Source: Eubacteriales bacterium (GTDB taxonomy: Bacteria > Bacillota > Clostridia > Oscillospirales > JAAYXM01). Taken from it: DNA of 64,000 bases. Both the position numbers and the translations under genes were made by a program. How positions within the stretch are numbered: the first letter of the stretch is position 1; the number at the start of each line of letters is the position of its first letter. The DNA lies in the NCBI GenBank assembly GCA_045537045.1, contig JAZSOS010000023.1:21175-85174 (forward strand). The letters are read 5' to 3'. This document shows, one piece after another, positions 10,106-18,373 of the stretch. Under the pieces are notes generated by a model. That model made no database searches. It saw nothing but the letters and a program-made list of their open reading frames with translations, and was not told the origin of the DNA.

Positions 10106-10915
10106 TTATTTTGCAAGAAGGAAGTATCCTATAACAAGAATACCGAGGATGATGCGGTAAACGCCGAAGGCTTTGAAATCGTGCTTGCGGACATACCCGG
10201 TAAGGAACTTTACCGAAATTAGCGACACGACATACGCAGTAATCATAGAAACCGCGAGGATTATCCATTCGCCGGACGACATAATATAGTCGTTCGTAAT
10301 GATTTTGAGAAAACTTACGCCGAACATAACAGGGATTGCGAGGAAGAATGAAAACTCCGCCGCGACGCTTCTTGATGTCCCGAGAAGAATTGCACCGAGG
10401 ATTGTAGCACCCGAGCGCGATGTTCCGGGGATTATGGAAAGAACCTGGAAAAGACCTATGAACAGCGCTGTTTTGTAGGTCATATCCGTCATATCCGCAA
10501 CCTTTACAGGCTTGTTTTTTCGTTCAATTATGATAAATGCAACACCATATACAACAAGCATTATGCTGACAACAAGCGGAGTTGAAACCGCGTCCATTGC
10601 ATCATTGAACAAAAGTCCGAGCACTGCTGCGGGGACGCACGCCACAATGACCTTAAACCACATCTGCCACGTTTGCTTTTTCTCGATGGCTGACTTTGAG
10701 GGAGAGAACGGATTGAGCTTTTTGAAATACAGCGTAGCGATTGCTAAAATCGCGCCAAGCTGGATTACATACAGAAAAATCTGCGATGAGAAAAAGCTCT
10801 TTTCATCTATTCCCATAAACTCATTGACTAAAATCATATGCCCCGTACTGCTTATGGGAAGCCATTCCGTTATACCTTCAACTATACCTATAATTATTGC
10901 TTTTAAAATATCCAT
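10106..10915 (-). CDS. uppP: undecaprenyl-diphosphate phosphatase
   Basis: BacA/UppP blocks [15 protein letters not shown] and [10 protein letters not shown]. Start set to the Met of MDILKAI (10915) by family N-terminus. Confidence 0.92.
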   Translation of the reverse strand: MDILKAIIIGIVEGITEWLPISSTGHMILVNEFMGIDEKSFFSSQIFLYVIQLGAILAIATLYFKKLNPFSPSKSAIEKKQTWQMWFKVIVACVPAAVLGLLFNDAMDAVSTPLVVSIMLVVYGVAFIIIERKNKPVKVADMTDMTYKTALFIGLFQVLSIIPGTSRSGATILGAILLGTSRSVAAEFSFFLAIPVMFGVSFLKIITNDYIMSSGEWIILAVSMITAYVVSLISVKFLTGYVRKHDFKAFGVYRIILGILVIGYFLLAK

Positions 10916-10947
10916 AATAATCACCACTGTAAATGTATTCAGGTTTC

Positions 10948-11490
10948 TTACTTTCTATTCTCCATATTCTGCATTATTCTCTCAAAGGCCTTGAGCACAA
11001 GCCACAGCAGAATAATTTCGACAGGCAGAAGCGCAATGTTTTTAATCACGCGTTCAACGAGAAGAACGATATACGCCCTACCGTAAAGATTTGACAGCCA
11101 ATATGTATTGAGCGCAATATTCACGCCGACATTAACCACAGTTTTAGAGACGATTACACGCCAGACGCGAAGTGGCTTTTCATAAAGGAAAATTGCAAAG
11201 ACCAGCACGGTCAGCATCGTGGAAAGCGTGAAGCCGAGGTGCAGAGGTCCTGCCGGACGTATAACATATGCGATAAGGTCACACGCAAGCGCAGCGAGCG
11301 TGCCGGTGAAATGCCCGAAGCGATACCCCAGAAGCCCAAGAACAAGAAATGAAAAAGTGAGCTGCATAGTCGGGGTAACATAGACGGATGCAGTGTCTAT
11401 TGCCACATAGAGCGCAACAAGCACGGCACACATTGCGAGAGAATGGATGTTTTTTATCTCGCCAAGCGAGGATTTGATACGGTTTTGCAT
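10948..11490 (-). CDS. folT: ECF transporter S component, folate family
   Basis: 180 aa with about 5-6 TM helices and a typical ECF S-component size. It sits directly behind a THF riboswitch. Confidence 0.8.
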   Translation of the reverse strand: MQNRIKSSLGEIKNIHSLAMCAVLVALYVAIDTASVYVTPTMQLTFSFLVLGLLGYRFGHFTGTLAALACDLIAYVIRPAGPLHLGFTLSTMLTVLVFAIFLYEKPLRVWRVIVSKTVVNVGVNIALNTYWLSNLYGRAYIVLLVERVIKNIALLPVEIILLWLVLKAFERIMQNMENRK

Positions 11491-11560
11491 AATTTTAGTC
11501 CTCCTTTGTTAAATTTTGGTACAACAAAACCTGACACAAAGAGGACAGTAAGCCGTATTT

Positions 11561-11661
11561 GCAGCGGGATGCGGAAACATCACGGCAACGCAACTGCGCC
11601 TTCGTCCGCGCGACAACTCCCCGTTCGCACAGCACTTAACCCGATATTCCCTACTCTGCCT
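11561..11661 (-). promoter_or_regulatory. THF (tetrahydrofolate) riboswitch, class I
   Basis: Minus-strand RNA is GGCAGAGUAGGGAAUAUCGGGUUAAGUGCUGUGCGAACGGGGAGUUGUCGCGCGGACGAAGGCGCAGUUGCGUUGCCGUGAUGUUUCCGCAUCCCGCUGC. It carries the conserved AGAGUAG, GUUAAGUG, GGGA, ACGAAG and GCAUCCGCU-type blocks in the order I remember for the crystallised Eubacterium siraeum THF aptamer. It lies upstream of folT. Confidence 0.85.
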
Positions 11662-11670
11662 TTTTGTGAT

Positions 11671-11700
11671 AAAAACAGTATACCATAAAAAGTATACTGT
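11671..11700 (-). terminator. candidate intrinsic terminator of sigG (AT-rich stem, overlaps the folT promoter)
   Basis: Perfect 9-bp inverted repeat ACAGTATAC/GTATACTGT (11675-11683 / 11692-11700), followed on the minus strand by UUUU. Confidence 0.45.
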
Positions 11701-11705
11701 TACAA
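11677..11705 (-). promoter_or_regulatory. sigma-A type promoter of the THF riboswitch-folT unit
   Basis: TTGTAA (11705-11700), 17 nt spacer, TATACT (11682-11677). The predicted start is about 10 nt before riboswitch P1. Confidence 0.45.
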
Positions 11706-11728
11706 GTGTTATTTGAAAATATTACCGT

Positions 11729-12505
11729 TTACAATTGCTTTTTAATTCTGTCAATCGCGCTTTTTTCAAGCCGCGAAACCTGTGCCTGACTTATCCCTAT
11801 TTCATTTGCGACCTCCGTCTGCGTCCGTCCGTCGAAAAAACGCAGAGACAGGATATGCCGTTCCCGCTCGTTGAGATTTGAAATTGCTTCTTTCAATGCT
11901 ATTTTTTCAAGCCAGTTATCATCTGTATTCTTGGTATCGCCCACCTGATCCATAACGCAGATGGTATCTCCCGTTGCATCGGAATATACCGGCTCGTAAA
12001 GCGAAACCGGCTCCATAATCCCATCAAGCGCAAAAACTACATCCTCGCGCTTCATATCCATTGCCTTTGCTATTTCCTCAACCGTAGGTTCCTTTTGCGT
12101 TTCATTTAGAAGTCTTTCCTTAGTCTGCAGGGCGCGGTATGCCGTGTCACGCATTGATCGCGAAACGCGTATCGTGCTGTTATCTCTGAGGTATCTGCGG
12201 ATCTCCCCGATAACCATGGGTACAGCATAAGTACTCAGACGTAATCCCAAGGTTATATCGAAATTGTCGATTGCCTTGATAAGTCCGACACATCCGACCT
12301 GAAAAAGGTCATCCACCTGTTCGCCACGGTTTGCAAAGCGCTGGATTACGCTGAGAACAAGTCTCAAATTGCCGGAAATAAGCTCGTCCCGCGCAGAAAT
12401 ATCCCCTTCGCGGTATTTTTTAAGCAGTTCATATGTTTCATCACCCGAAAGCACCTTGAGTTTTGACGTGTTTACGCCACATATTTCAACCTTACCGTAT
12501 ACCAA
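11729..12505 (-). CDS. sigG: RNA polymerase sporulation sigma factor SigG
   Basis: Near-colinear with my recollection of B. subtilis SigG (KVEICGVNTSKL, GNLRLVLSVIQRF, DLFQVGC.GL.K.IDNF, STYAVPM.IGEIRRYLRDN, ISQAQVSRLEK). Start placed at TTG 12505, 7 nt after GGGAGG. The ORF-track extension to 12628 is non-homologous. Confidence 0.9.
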   Translation of the reverse strand: MVYGKVEICGVNTSKLKVLSGDETYELLKKYREGDISARDELISGNLRLVLSVIQRFANRGEQVDDLFQVGCVGLIKAIDNFDITLGLRLSTYAVPMVIGEIRRYLRDNSTIRVSRSMRDTAYRALQTKERLLNETQKEPTVEEIAKAMDMKREDVVFALDGIMEPVSLYEPVYSDATGDTICVMDQVGDTKNTDDNWLEKIALKEAISNLNERERHILSLRFFDGRTQTEVANEIGISQAQVSRLEKSAIDRIKKQL

Positions 12506-12538
12506 AATAAAAACCTCCCAAAGCAAAAGACTATTATC

Positions 12539-12567
12539 ATTATTACCTCGGGAGATTTTTTTAATAC
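12539..12567 (-). promoter_or_regulatory. candidate forespore (SigF/SigG-type) promoter of sigG
   Basis: GTATT (12567-12563), 15 nt spacer, GGTAATAAT (12547-12539). It resembles my recollection of the SigF consensus (GYATA-15-GGnRAnAnT). Confidence 0.35.
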
Positions 12568-12593
12568 TGTATATAATTGACAAAACATTGGTT

Positions 12594-12648
12594 AATAAAA
12601 ATAACACCAAAAGAACTATGAACTTCACGTCATATTTCTTTTGGTGTT
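12594..12648 (-). terminator. intrinsic terminator ending the iorAB-paaK-ACT operon
   Basis: 13-bp stem AACACCAAAAGAA/TTCTTTTGGTGTT (12603-12615 / 12636-12648), followed on the minus strand by AUUUUUAUU. Confidence 0.6.
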
Positions 12649-12666
12649 TTTGATTTATTCTTTAAT

Positions 12667-13098
12667 TTACTTTAAGCCAAGGTTGGATTTAGAAGCGATT
12701 GCTATTCCTTTTGCCTTAAAGGTTTCAACAAGCTTTTCCTCGTCGTTTGCGCGGAAAACCATATAAGCTTTTTCGTCACCGTGGCTAAGAATTGAATACA
12801 TATACTCAATGTCAATTCCGGTATCCGAAATAACGGCAAGAACCTCAGAAAGACCTGCCGGACGGTCAGGCACTGCAACTACGCAGACAGGAGTCATCGT
12901 GAGAATATTTCCCTGTTCAAGGAGAATGGATGACGCGCGCTCCGCATCGTCAACAATCATACGCAAAACACCGTAATCAGTGGTTTCTGCAATGGAGATT
13001 GCGCGGAGATTTACGCCATTTTCAGCAAGAAGTCCCGTAACCTCTGCGAGCTGACCTGCGCGGTTTTCAAGAAAAACAGAAATCTGATAAATATTCAT
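12667..13098 (-). CDS. ACT domain protein (PaaK-associated)
   Basis: 143 aa with two ACT-like repeats (ISVFLENRAGQLAEVTGLL...). This is the usual position downstream of paaK. Confidence 0.85.
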   Translation of the reverse strand: MNIYQISVFLENRAGQLAEVTGLLAENGVNLRAISIAETTDYGVLRMIVDDAERASSILLEQGNILTMTPVCVVAVPDRPAGLSEVLAVISDTGIDIEYMYSILSHGDEKAYMVFRANDEEKLVETFKAKGIAIASKSNLGLK

Positions 13099-13113
13099 TA
13101 TCCTATACCCTCC

Positions 13114-14424
13114 TTAAATTTTGCGCTTATCAATAACGCGGACAGCTTTGCCCTCGCTTCGTGCAATTGTTTTCGGAGCGACAAGCTTTACCTTTGCCGC
13201 AATACCAAGCATTGCCTTGAGTGCAGAAACGAGACTTTTTTCCATCTCTGCAATTTTTGCAAGAGAATCGGAGAAGTTTTCAGGTGTCATTTCAACCATA
13301 ACTTCAAAGGTGTCAGAATTATTCACACGGTCAACTATAATCTGGTAATTTGCCTGATATCCCTGTTCAAGAAGGACGGTTTCAATCTGCGACGGGAATA
13401 CGTTTACGCCGCGGATGATAAGCATATCATCACTTCTTCCCATCGGCTTGCACATTTTAACGTGCGTTCTGCCGCAGGAGCAGGGCTTGCGAGAAAGAAC
13501 ACAGATGTCGCGGGTACGGTAACGGAGAAGCGGGAACGCTTCTTTTGTGATGCATGTGAAAACAAGCTCACCCTTGCTCCCTTCCGGAAGCACTTCGCCT
13601 GTATCGGGGTCAATGATTTCAGCAATAAAGTGGTCTTCATTTATATGCATACCTGTCTGCTCTTCACATTCGAAAGCAACACCCGGTCCGGAAATTTCCG
13701 TAAGACCGTAGATATCATATGCGCGGATACCAAGCTCACGCTCAATATCTCGGCGCATTTCTTCACTCCATGCCTCGGCACCGAAGATACCCGCCTTAAG
13801 ATTTATCTTGTCCTTTATTCCGCGTTCTTTGATGGATTCTGCAAGATATGCAGCATACGAAGGTGTGCAGCAGATAATAGTGGAACCCAAATCCTCCATA
13901 AACTGGAGCTGACGGTCGGTATTACCCGAAGACATCGGGAGAGTGAGACATCCGACCTTGTGCGAACCACCGTGGAGTCCTGCACCACCGGTAAAGAGAC
14001 CGTAGCCGTAGGCAACGTGGCATACATCTTCTTTTGTTCCGCCAACAGCAACGATTGCACGTGCACAGCAGTCTTCCCAGAGGTCAACGTCATGCTGAGT
14101 ATAGAAAGCCATAACACGCTTGCCGGTTGTTCCGGAGGTGGAATGGATTCTTACACATTCAGACAGCGGTTTTCCGACAAGTCCGTAAGGATATGCATCA
14201 CGAAGATCCGCCTTTGTTATGAACGGAAGCTTATGAAGGTCGTCAACACCCTTGATATCATCCGGGGTTACTCCCTTTTCTTCCATTTTTTTGCGGTAAT
14301 ACGGAACGTTATCCCAAACATGCTTTACCTGATTCACCAAACGCTCACTCTGCCACGCGCGAATCTGCTCATACGATGCAGTTTCTATTTCAGGCTGATA
14401 ATATCTTTTTTCCATTACATTCAC
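13114..14424 (-). CDS. paaK: phenylacetate--CoA ligase
   Basis: 436 aa. PaaK family blocks (HSTSGTTGKR, YGLTE, RYRTRD, GRSDDMLIIRGVNVFP). Confidence 0.9.
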   Translation of the reverse strand: MNVMEKRYYQPEIETASYEQIRAWQSERLVNQVKHVWDNVPYYRKKMEEKGVTPDDIKGVDDLHKLPFITKADLRDAYPYGLVGKPLSECVRIHSTSGTTGKRVMAFYTQHDVDLWEDCCARAIVAVGGTKEDVCHVAYGYGLFTGGAGLHGGSHKVGCLTLPMSSGNTDRQLQFMEDLGSTIICCTPSYAAYLAESIKERGIKDKINLKAGIFGAEAWSEEMRRDIERELGIRAYDIYGLTEISGPGVAFECEEQTGMHINEDHFIAEIIDPDTGEVLPEGSKGELVFTCITKEAFPLLRYRTRDICVLSRKPCSCGRTHVKMCKPMGRSDDMLIIRGVNVFPSQIETVLLEQGYQANYQIIVDRVNNSDTFEVMVEMTPENFSDSLAKIAEMEKSLVSALKAMLGIAAKVKLVAPKTIARSEGKAVRVIDKRKI

Positions 14425-14433
14425 GCTTTCTTT

Positions 14434-15009
14434 CTATTTTGAATTTTTGCCGAGGTTAAATGCTTTTTTATTCATTTCGAGAAACGTTTCAGGAACGCTT
14501 TCCTCAATGGCGCGCATCCACTCTTCCTCGGACGCATCAAAGTAATTTGAAAGACGTCCCATAAGCACGATATTTACAGCCTTTGACGAACCGGCTTCTT
14601 CCGCAAGAGAAAGAGCGTCAAATGCATCTACATCAACACCTGCATCCTTCATTTTTCCTGCAAGATCAGACGGATACTGCGCCGCTCCTGTTATGACAGG
14701 CATGGGGTTAATCTGCTGGGTGTTTGTGACAATCTTTCCGCCGGGCTTTAAAAACTCTGTCCATCGGGCTGCCTCTAAAAGCTCGAATGAAACGATAAAA
14801 TCCGCCTCACCCTTGTCAATAATCGGAGAATAAACTTTCTCGCCGTATCTTACATACGTTACGACGCTTCCTCCGCGCTGGCTCATTCCGTGAACCTCAG
14901 AGACCTTAATGTCATATCCTTTCGTGAGAAGAAGGCGGCCTAAAAGCTTTGAAGCAAGAAGGCTTCCCTGACCGCCAACGCCTACTATCATTACATTTTT
15001 TGTTTCCAT
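14434..15009 (-). CDS. iorB: indolepyruvate ferredoxin oxidoreductase, beta subunit
   Basis: 191 aa. VGVGGQG...SEVHGMSQRGGSV pyruvate/ketoisovalerate oxidoreductase gamma-like domain. It lies 3 nt after iorA. Confidence 0.9.
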   Translation of the reverse strand: METKNVMIVGVGGQGSLLASKLLGRLLLTKGYDIKVSEVHGMSQRGGSVVTYVRYGEKVYSPIIDKGEADFIVSFELLEAARWTEFLKPGGKIVTNTQQINPMPVITGAAQYPSDLAGKMKDAGVDVDAFDALSLAEEAGSSKAVNIVLMGRLSNYFDASEEEWMRAIEESVPETFLEMNKKAFNLGKNSK

Positions 15010-15012
15010 AGC

Positions 15013-16752
15013 TTAGTCCTCCTTCGGAGCATGAAGTGCATCAAACTTGCAAAGCTGTTCGCAGACACCGCAGCCTGTGCAAAGCGTGGTGTCAATCTTT
15101 GCTTTGCCGTTTTCCATACTGATTGCCGGGCAACCAATCTTCATACACATCTTACATCTCTTGCACTTATCGGATTCAACAACAAGCGGCTTATTGTGCT
15201 TAACGTATTTAAGAAGCGCGCACGGACGGCGGGAAATAATAACTGACGGCTCTTCCGCTGCAAGCTCTTCTTTTATCACCGTTTCACACTCTTTGAGGTT
15301 ATACGGGTCTACAACACGGACACGGGAAATTCCCATTGCGCGGCAGAGTGCTTCAAGGTCAATCTTTGATGCGGGATCACCTTTTAAGTTGTATCCGGTG
15401 GTCGGGTTCTGCTGATGTCCCGTCATACCTGTGATTGAGTTATCAAGGATAATAACCGTTGAATTTGATGCGTTATATGCGATATTAACAAGTCCCGTCA
15501 TACCGGAGTGCATAAACGTGGAGTCACCGATAACAGCAACAGTCTTTCCGTCGCTTTCACCACTCTGTGCCTTGTTAAACCCGTGAAGACCGGAAATTGA
15601 CGCACCCATACAAATCGTGCTGTCGAGTGCCGAGAGCGGAGGAACAGCGCCAAGCGTATAGCAACCAATGTCACCGTGTACGGTAATTTTGTTCTTTGCA
15701 AGAGTATAGAACAGACCTCTGTGCGGACATCCCGCGCACATTACCGGAGGACGCTGCGGGATATCATCGGAAAGCTTTACGCCGCAAAGAGTTTCCTTGC
15801 CGAGCTTTTCTGCAACGAGGTTCTGACTGAACTCTCCTATGCAAGAGAACATATCTTTTCCCGAAACCTCTATACCGAGATTTCTGCAATGATCTTCAAC
15901 AAAGCTGTCAAGCTCTTCAACAACTATGAGCTTATCAACGCCTGCCGCAAAATCCTTTATGAGATTTACCGGAAGAGGCCAGATCATACCGAGCTTTAAA
16001 ACCGGATATTTATCGCCGCAGACCTCTTTTACATACTGATATGAGGTTGATGAAGTGATAATACCGATGCTCTTATCCGCACCGTCTTCAACTCGGTTTA
16101 CGGATGCAGTTTCGGCAAACGACGAAAGAGCCATCGTACGCTCTTCAACAACCGGATGGCGGCGCTTAGCATTGCCCGGCATCATAATGTACTTTGAAGG
16201 AGTTTTTTCATATGTTTTTGAAGCTTCTATACGATCAGATGTTTCAACAACGCTCTGGGAATGAGCTACACGCGTGCACATTTTAAGAAGCACGGGGGTA
16301 TCAAACTTTTCCGAAATTTCATATGCAAGCTTTGTGAACTCTATTGCTTCCATCGAATCTGCCGGCTCAAGCATCGGGATTTTTGATGCCCTTGCATAGT
16401 GGCGGGAATCCTGCTCATTCTGTGAGCTGTGCATTCCAGGATCATCTGCAACCGCGATAACCATACCTGCATTAACTCCGGTGTAGGAGATCGTGAAAAG
16501 CGGGTCTGCGGCAACATTGAGTCCGACGTGCTTCATACCGCAGAAGCTTCTCTTCCCTGCCATACACGCACCGAAAGCAGCTTCCATTGCAACCTTCTCA
16601 TTCGGTGCCCACTCGGCATACACCTCTTTGTATTTTGCAACCATCTCGGTAATTTCGGTACTCGGTGTACCGGGGTAACTGGAAACAAAGCTGCAGCCTG
16701 CTTCAAAAAGGCCGCGGGCAACCGCTTCGTTGCCAAGCATTAACTTTTTCAT
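15013..16752 (-). CDS. iorA: indolepyruvate ferredoxin oxidoreductase, alpha subunit
   Basis: TPP-enzyme domains plus C-terminal 2x[4Fe-4S] (CKRCKMCMKIGCP, CTGCGVCEQLC). Start at Met 16752 (MKKLMLGNEAVARG) behind AAGGAGGT. Confidence 0.92.
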   Translation of the reverse strand: MKKLMLGNEAVARGLFEAGCSFVSSYPGTPSTEITEMVAKYKEVYAEWAPNEKVAMEAAFGACMAGKRSFCGMKHVGLNVAADPLFTISYTGVNAGMVIAVADDPGMHSSQNEQDSRHYARASKIPMLEPADSMEAIEFTKLAYEISEKFDTPVLLKMCTRVAHSQSVVETSDRIEASKTYEKTPSKYIMMPGNAKRRHPVVEERTMALSSFAETASVNRVEDGADKSIGIITSSTSYQYVKEVCGDKYPVLKLGMIWPLPVNLIKDFAAGVDKLIVVEELDSFVEDHCRNLGIEVSGKDMFSCIGEFSQNLVAEKLGKETLCGVKLSDDIPQRPPVMCAGCPHRGLFYTLAKNKITVHGDIGCYTLGAVPPLSALDSTICMGASISGLHGFNKAQSGESDGKTVAVIGDSTFMHSGMTGLVNIAYNASNSTVIILDNSITGMTGHQQNPTTGYNLKGDPASKIDLEALCRAMGISRVRVVDPYNLKECETVIKEELAAEEPSVIISRRPCALLKYVKHNKPLVVESDKCKRCKMCMKIGCPAISMENGKAKIDTTLCTGCGVCEQLCKFDALHAPKED

Positions 16753-16768
16753 TTTGCAAGATACCTCC

Positions 16769-18328
16769 TTATTGATGTTCAACCGGATCGCCAATGGCAT
16801 CCTTTTGAGAAACAACTACTTTTTTATCGTAGCATGAGAAAACATTATTAATGTGCTCCTGCGGCGGAGCTTTTGTTACAAGACTTACAACAGGAACAAT
16901 CACAAGTCCTATTACCATACAAAACGCACCTGCGTTAATCGGTGACTGAAGAAACGCCGGAAAAGCTGACTTACAGAGAATATTTGCAAGCATAAATACC
17001 GTTGAGAAAACAAAGCATGCCCATACGGAAGCCTTGGTCGTGCGCTTCCAATAAAGACCATAAAGGAACGGAGCGAGGAACGCGCCGGCAAGAGCGCCCC
17101 ATGAAATTCCCATAAGCTGAGCAATAAAGGTTACGCTTGACTTATACTGCAAGATTGCGATGACCGATGATATTGCAATAAATACAGCAATAAGTATGCG
17201 CATAATGAGAAGCTGAGACTTCTCGCTCATATTTTTAACCACTGTTCCCTTCAGGAAATCAAGGGTAAGCGTTGAACTTGAAGTAAGAACCAGAGAGGAA
17301 AGCGTTGACATTGATGCAGAAAGAACAAGCACAACCACAACAGCAATAAGAACAGTCGGAAGCCCCTCAAGCATGGTCGGAATAACGGAGTCATAACCGT
17401 TTGCCGCAATGTCAATCTTATCGGAGAAAAGTCGACCGAAGCCGCCAAGGAAATAGCATCCGCCGGCAACAACAAGCGCAAAAACAGTGGAGATAATCAT
17501 TCCTTTATTAATTGACTTTTCACTCTTGATTGCATAAAACTTCTGAACCATCTGCGGGAGTCCCCACGTTCCGAGAGATGTGAGAATAACAACGCCAAGA
17601 AGGTTTACCGGGTCAGGACCGAAGAATGAATTGAACACACCGGGAGTTGAAGATACGGACGGGTCACTGATTTTCCCAAGACCGTCCAATGCAGCGAGAA
17701 AACCACCCTGACTGTTAAGGACTGCGGCAATTACCGCTACAATGCCAACAAGCATAATAATGCCCTGTATAAAGTCATTTATTGCAGTTGCCATATATCC
17801 GCCGACAATAACATAAATTGCAGTGAGAACCGCCATAGCAATAACGCAGACGGAATAGTCAATATTAAACGCCATTCCGAAAAGACGCGAAAGACCGTTA
17901 TAAAGCGAGGCGGTATATGGAATAAGGAATATGAATATTACTGCGGATGCGGCAACCTTCAATGCCTTGCCGTCAAAACGCGACTCAAAAAACTGCGGCA
18001 TCGTTGCACTGTCAAGATGCTGAGTCATAACACGAGTTCTTCTGCCGAGCACAGCCCATGCGAGAAGCGAACCCAAAAGCGCGTTTCCGATACCTGCCCA
18101 AGTTGCGGCAATGCCGTATTTCCAGCCGAACTGTCCGGCATATCCCACGAATACAACAGCAGAAAAATACGAGGTGCCGTATGCAAAAGCAGTAAGCCAA
18201 GGACCTACACTTCTGCCGCCGAGAACAAAGCCGTCAACATTTGTCGAATGCTTTCTGCAATAAATACCGACACCTATCATCACGGCAAAAAACGCAACGA
18301 GCATTGATGCCTTTATGAACAAATCCAT
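16769..18328 (-). CDS. sodium:solute symporter family transporter
   Basis: 519 aa, about 13 TM helices, SSF-type sequence (PutP/PanF-like). Confidence 0.85.
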   Translation of the reverse strand: MDLFIKASMLVAFFAVMIGVGIYCRKHSTNVDGFVLGGRSVGPWLTAFAYGTSYFSAVVFVGYAGQFGWKYGIAATWAGIGNALLGSLLAWAVLGRRTRVMTQHLDSATMPQFFESRFDGKALKVAASAVIFIFLIPYTASLYNGLSRLFGMAFNIDYSVCVIAMAVLTAIYVIVGGYMATAINDFIQGIIMLVGIVAVIAAVLNSQGGFLAALDGLGKISDPSVSSTPGVFNSFFGPDPVNLLGVVILTSLGTWGLPQMVQKFYAIKSEKSINKGMIISTVFALVVAGGCYFLGGFGRLFSDKIDIAANGYDSVIPTMLEGLPTVLIAVVVVLVLSASMSTLSSLVLTSSSTLTLDFLKGTVVKNMSEKSQLLIMRILIAVFIAISSVIAILQYKSSVTFIAQLMGISWGALAGAFLAPFLYGLYWKRTTKASVWACFVFSTVFMLANILCKSAFPAFLQSPINAGAFCMVIGLVIVPVVSLVTKAPPQEHINNVFSCYDKKVVVSQKDAIGDPVEHQ

Positions 18329-18373
18329 TATATTATCCTTCTTTCAGAATTTAAATTAACCCAAGAGAAAACA

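Noticed and set aside
9919-10116. 65-aa ORF between the amidase and uppP genes
   Set aside because: It overlaps the uppP terminator hairpin and the uppP stop. It has no SD and no homology.
12506-12628. Hydrophobic N-terminal extension of the sigG ORF (possible pro-sigma or membrane anchor)
   Set aside because: Homology to SigG starts at KVEICG. A GGGAGG-7 nt-TTG start fits at 12505. The extension overlaps the upstream operon terminator and the candidate promoter.
13462-14442. 326-aa plus-strand ORF
   Set aside because: It is antisense to paaK. It has no recognisable motifs and no SD, so it is a shadow ORF.
16753-16815. N-terminal extension of iorA overlapping the symporter gene end
   Set aside because: Met 16752 is preceded by AAGGAGGT and matches the family N-terminus. 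The extension would overlap the upstream stop.
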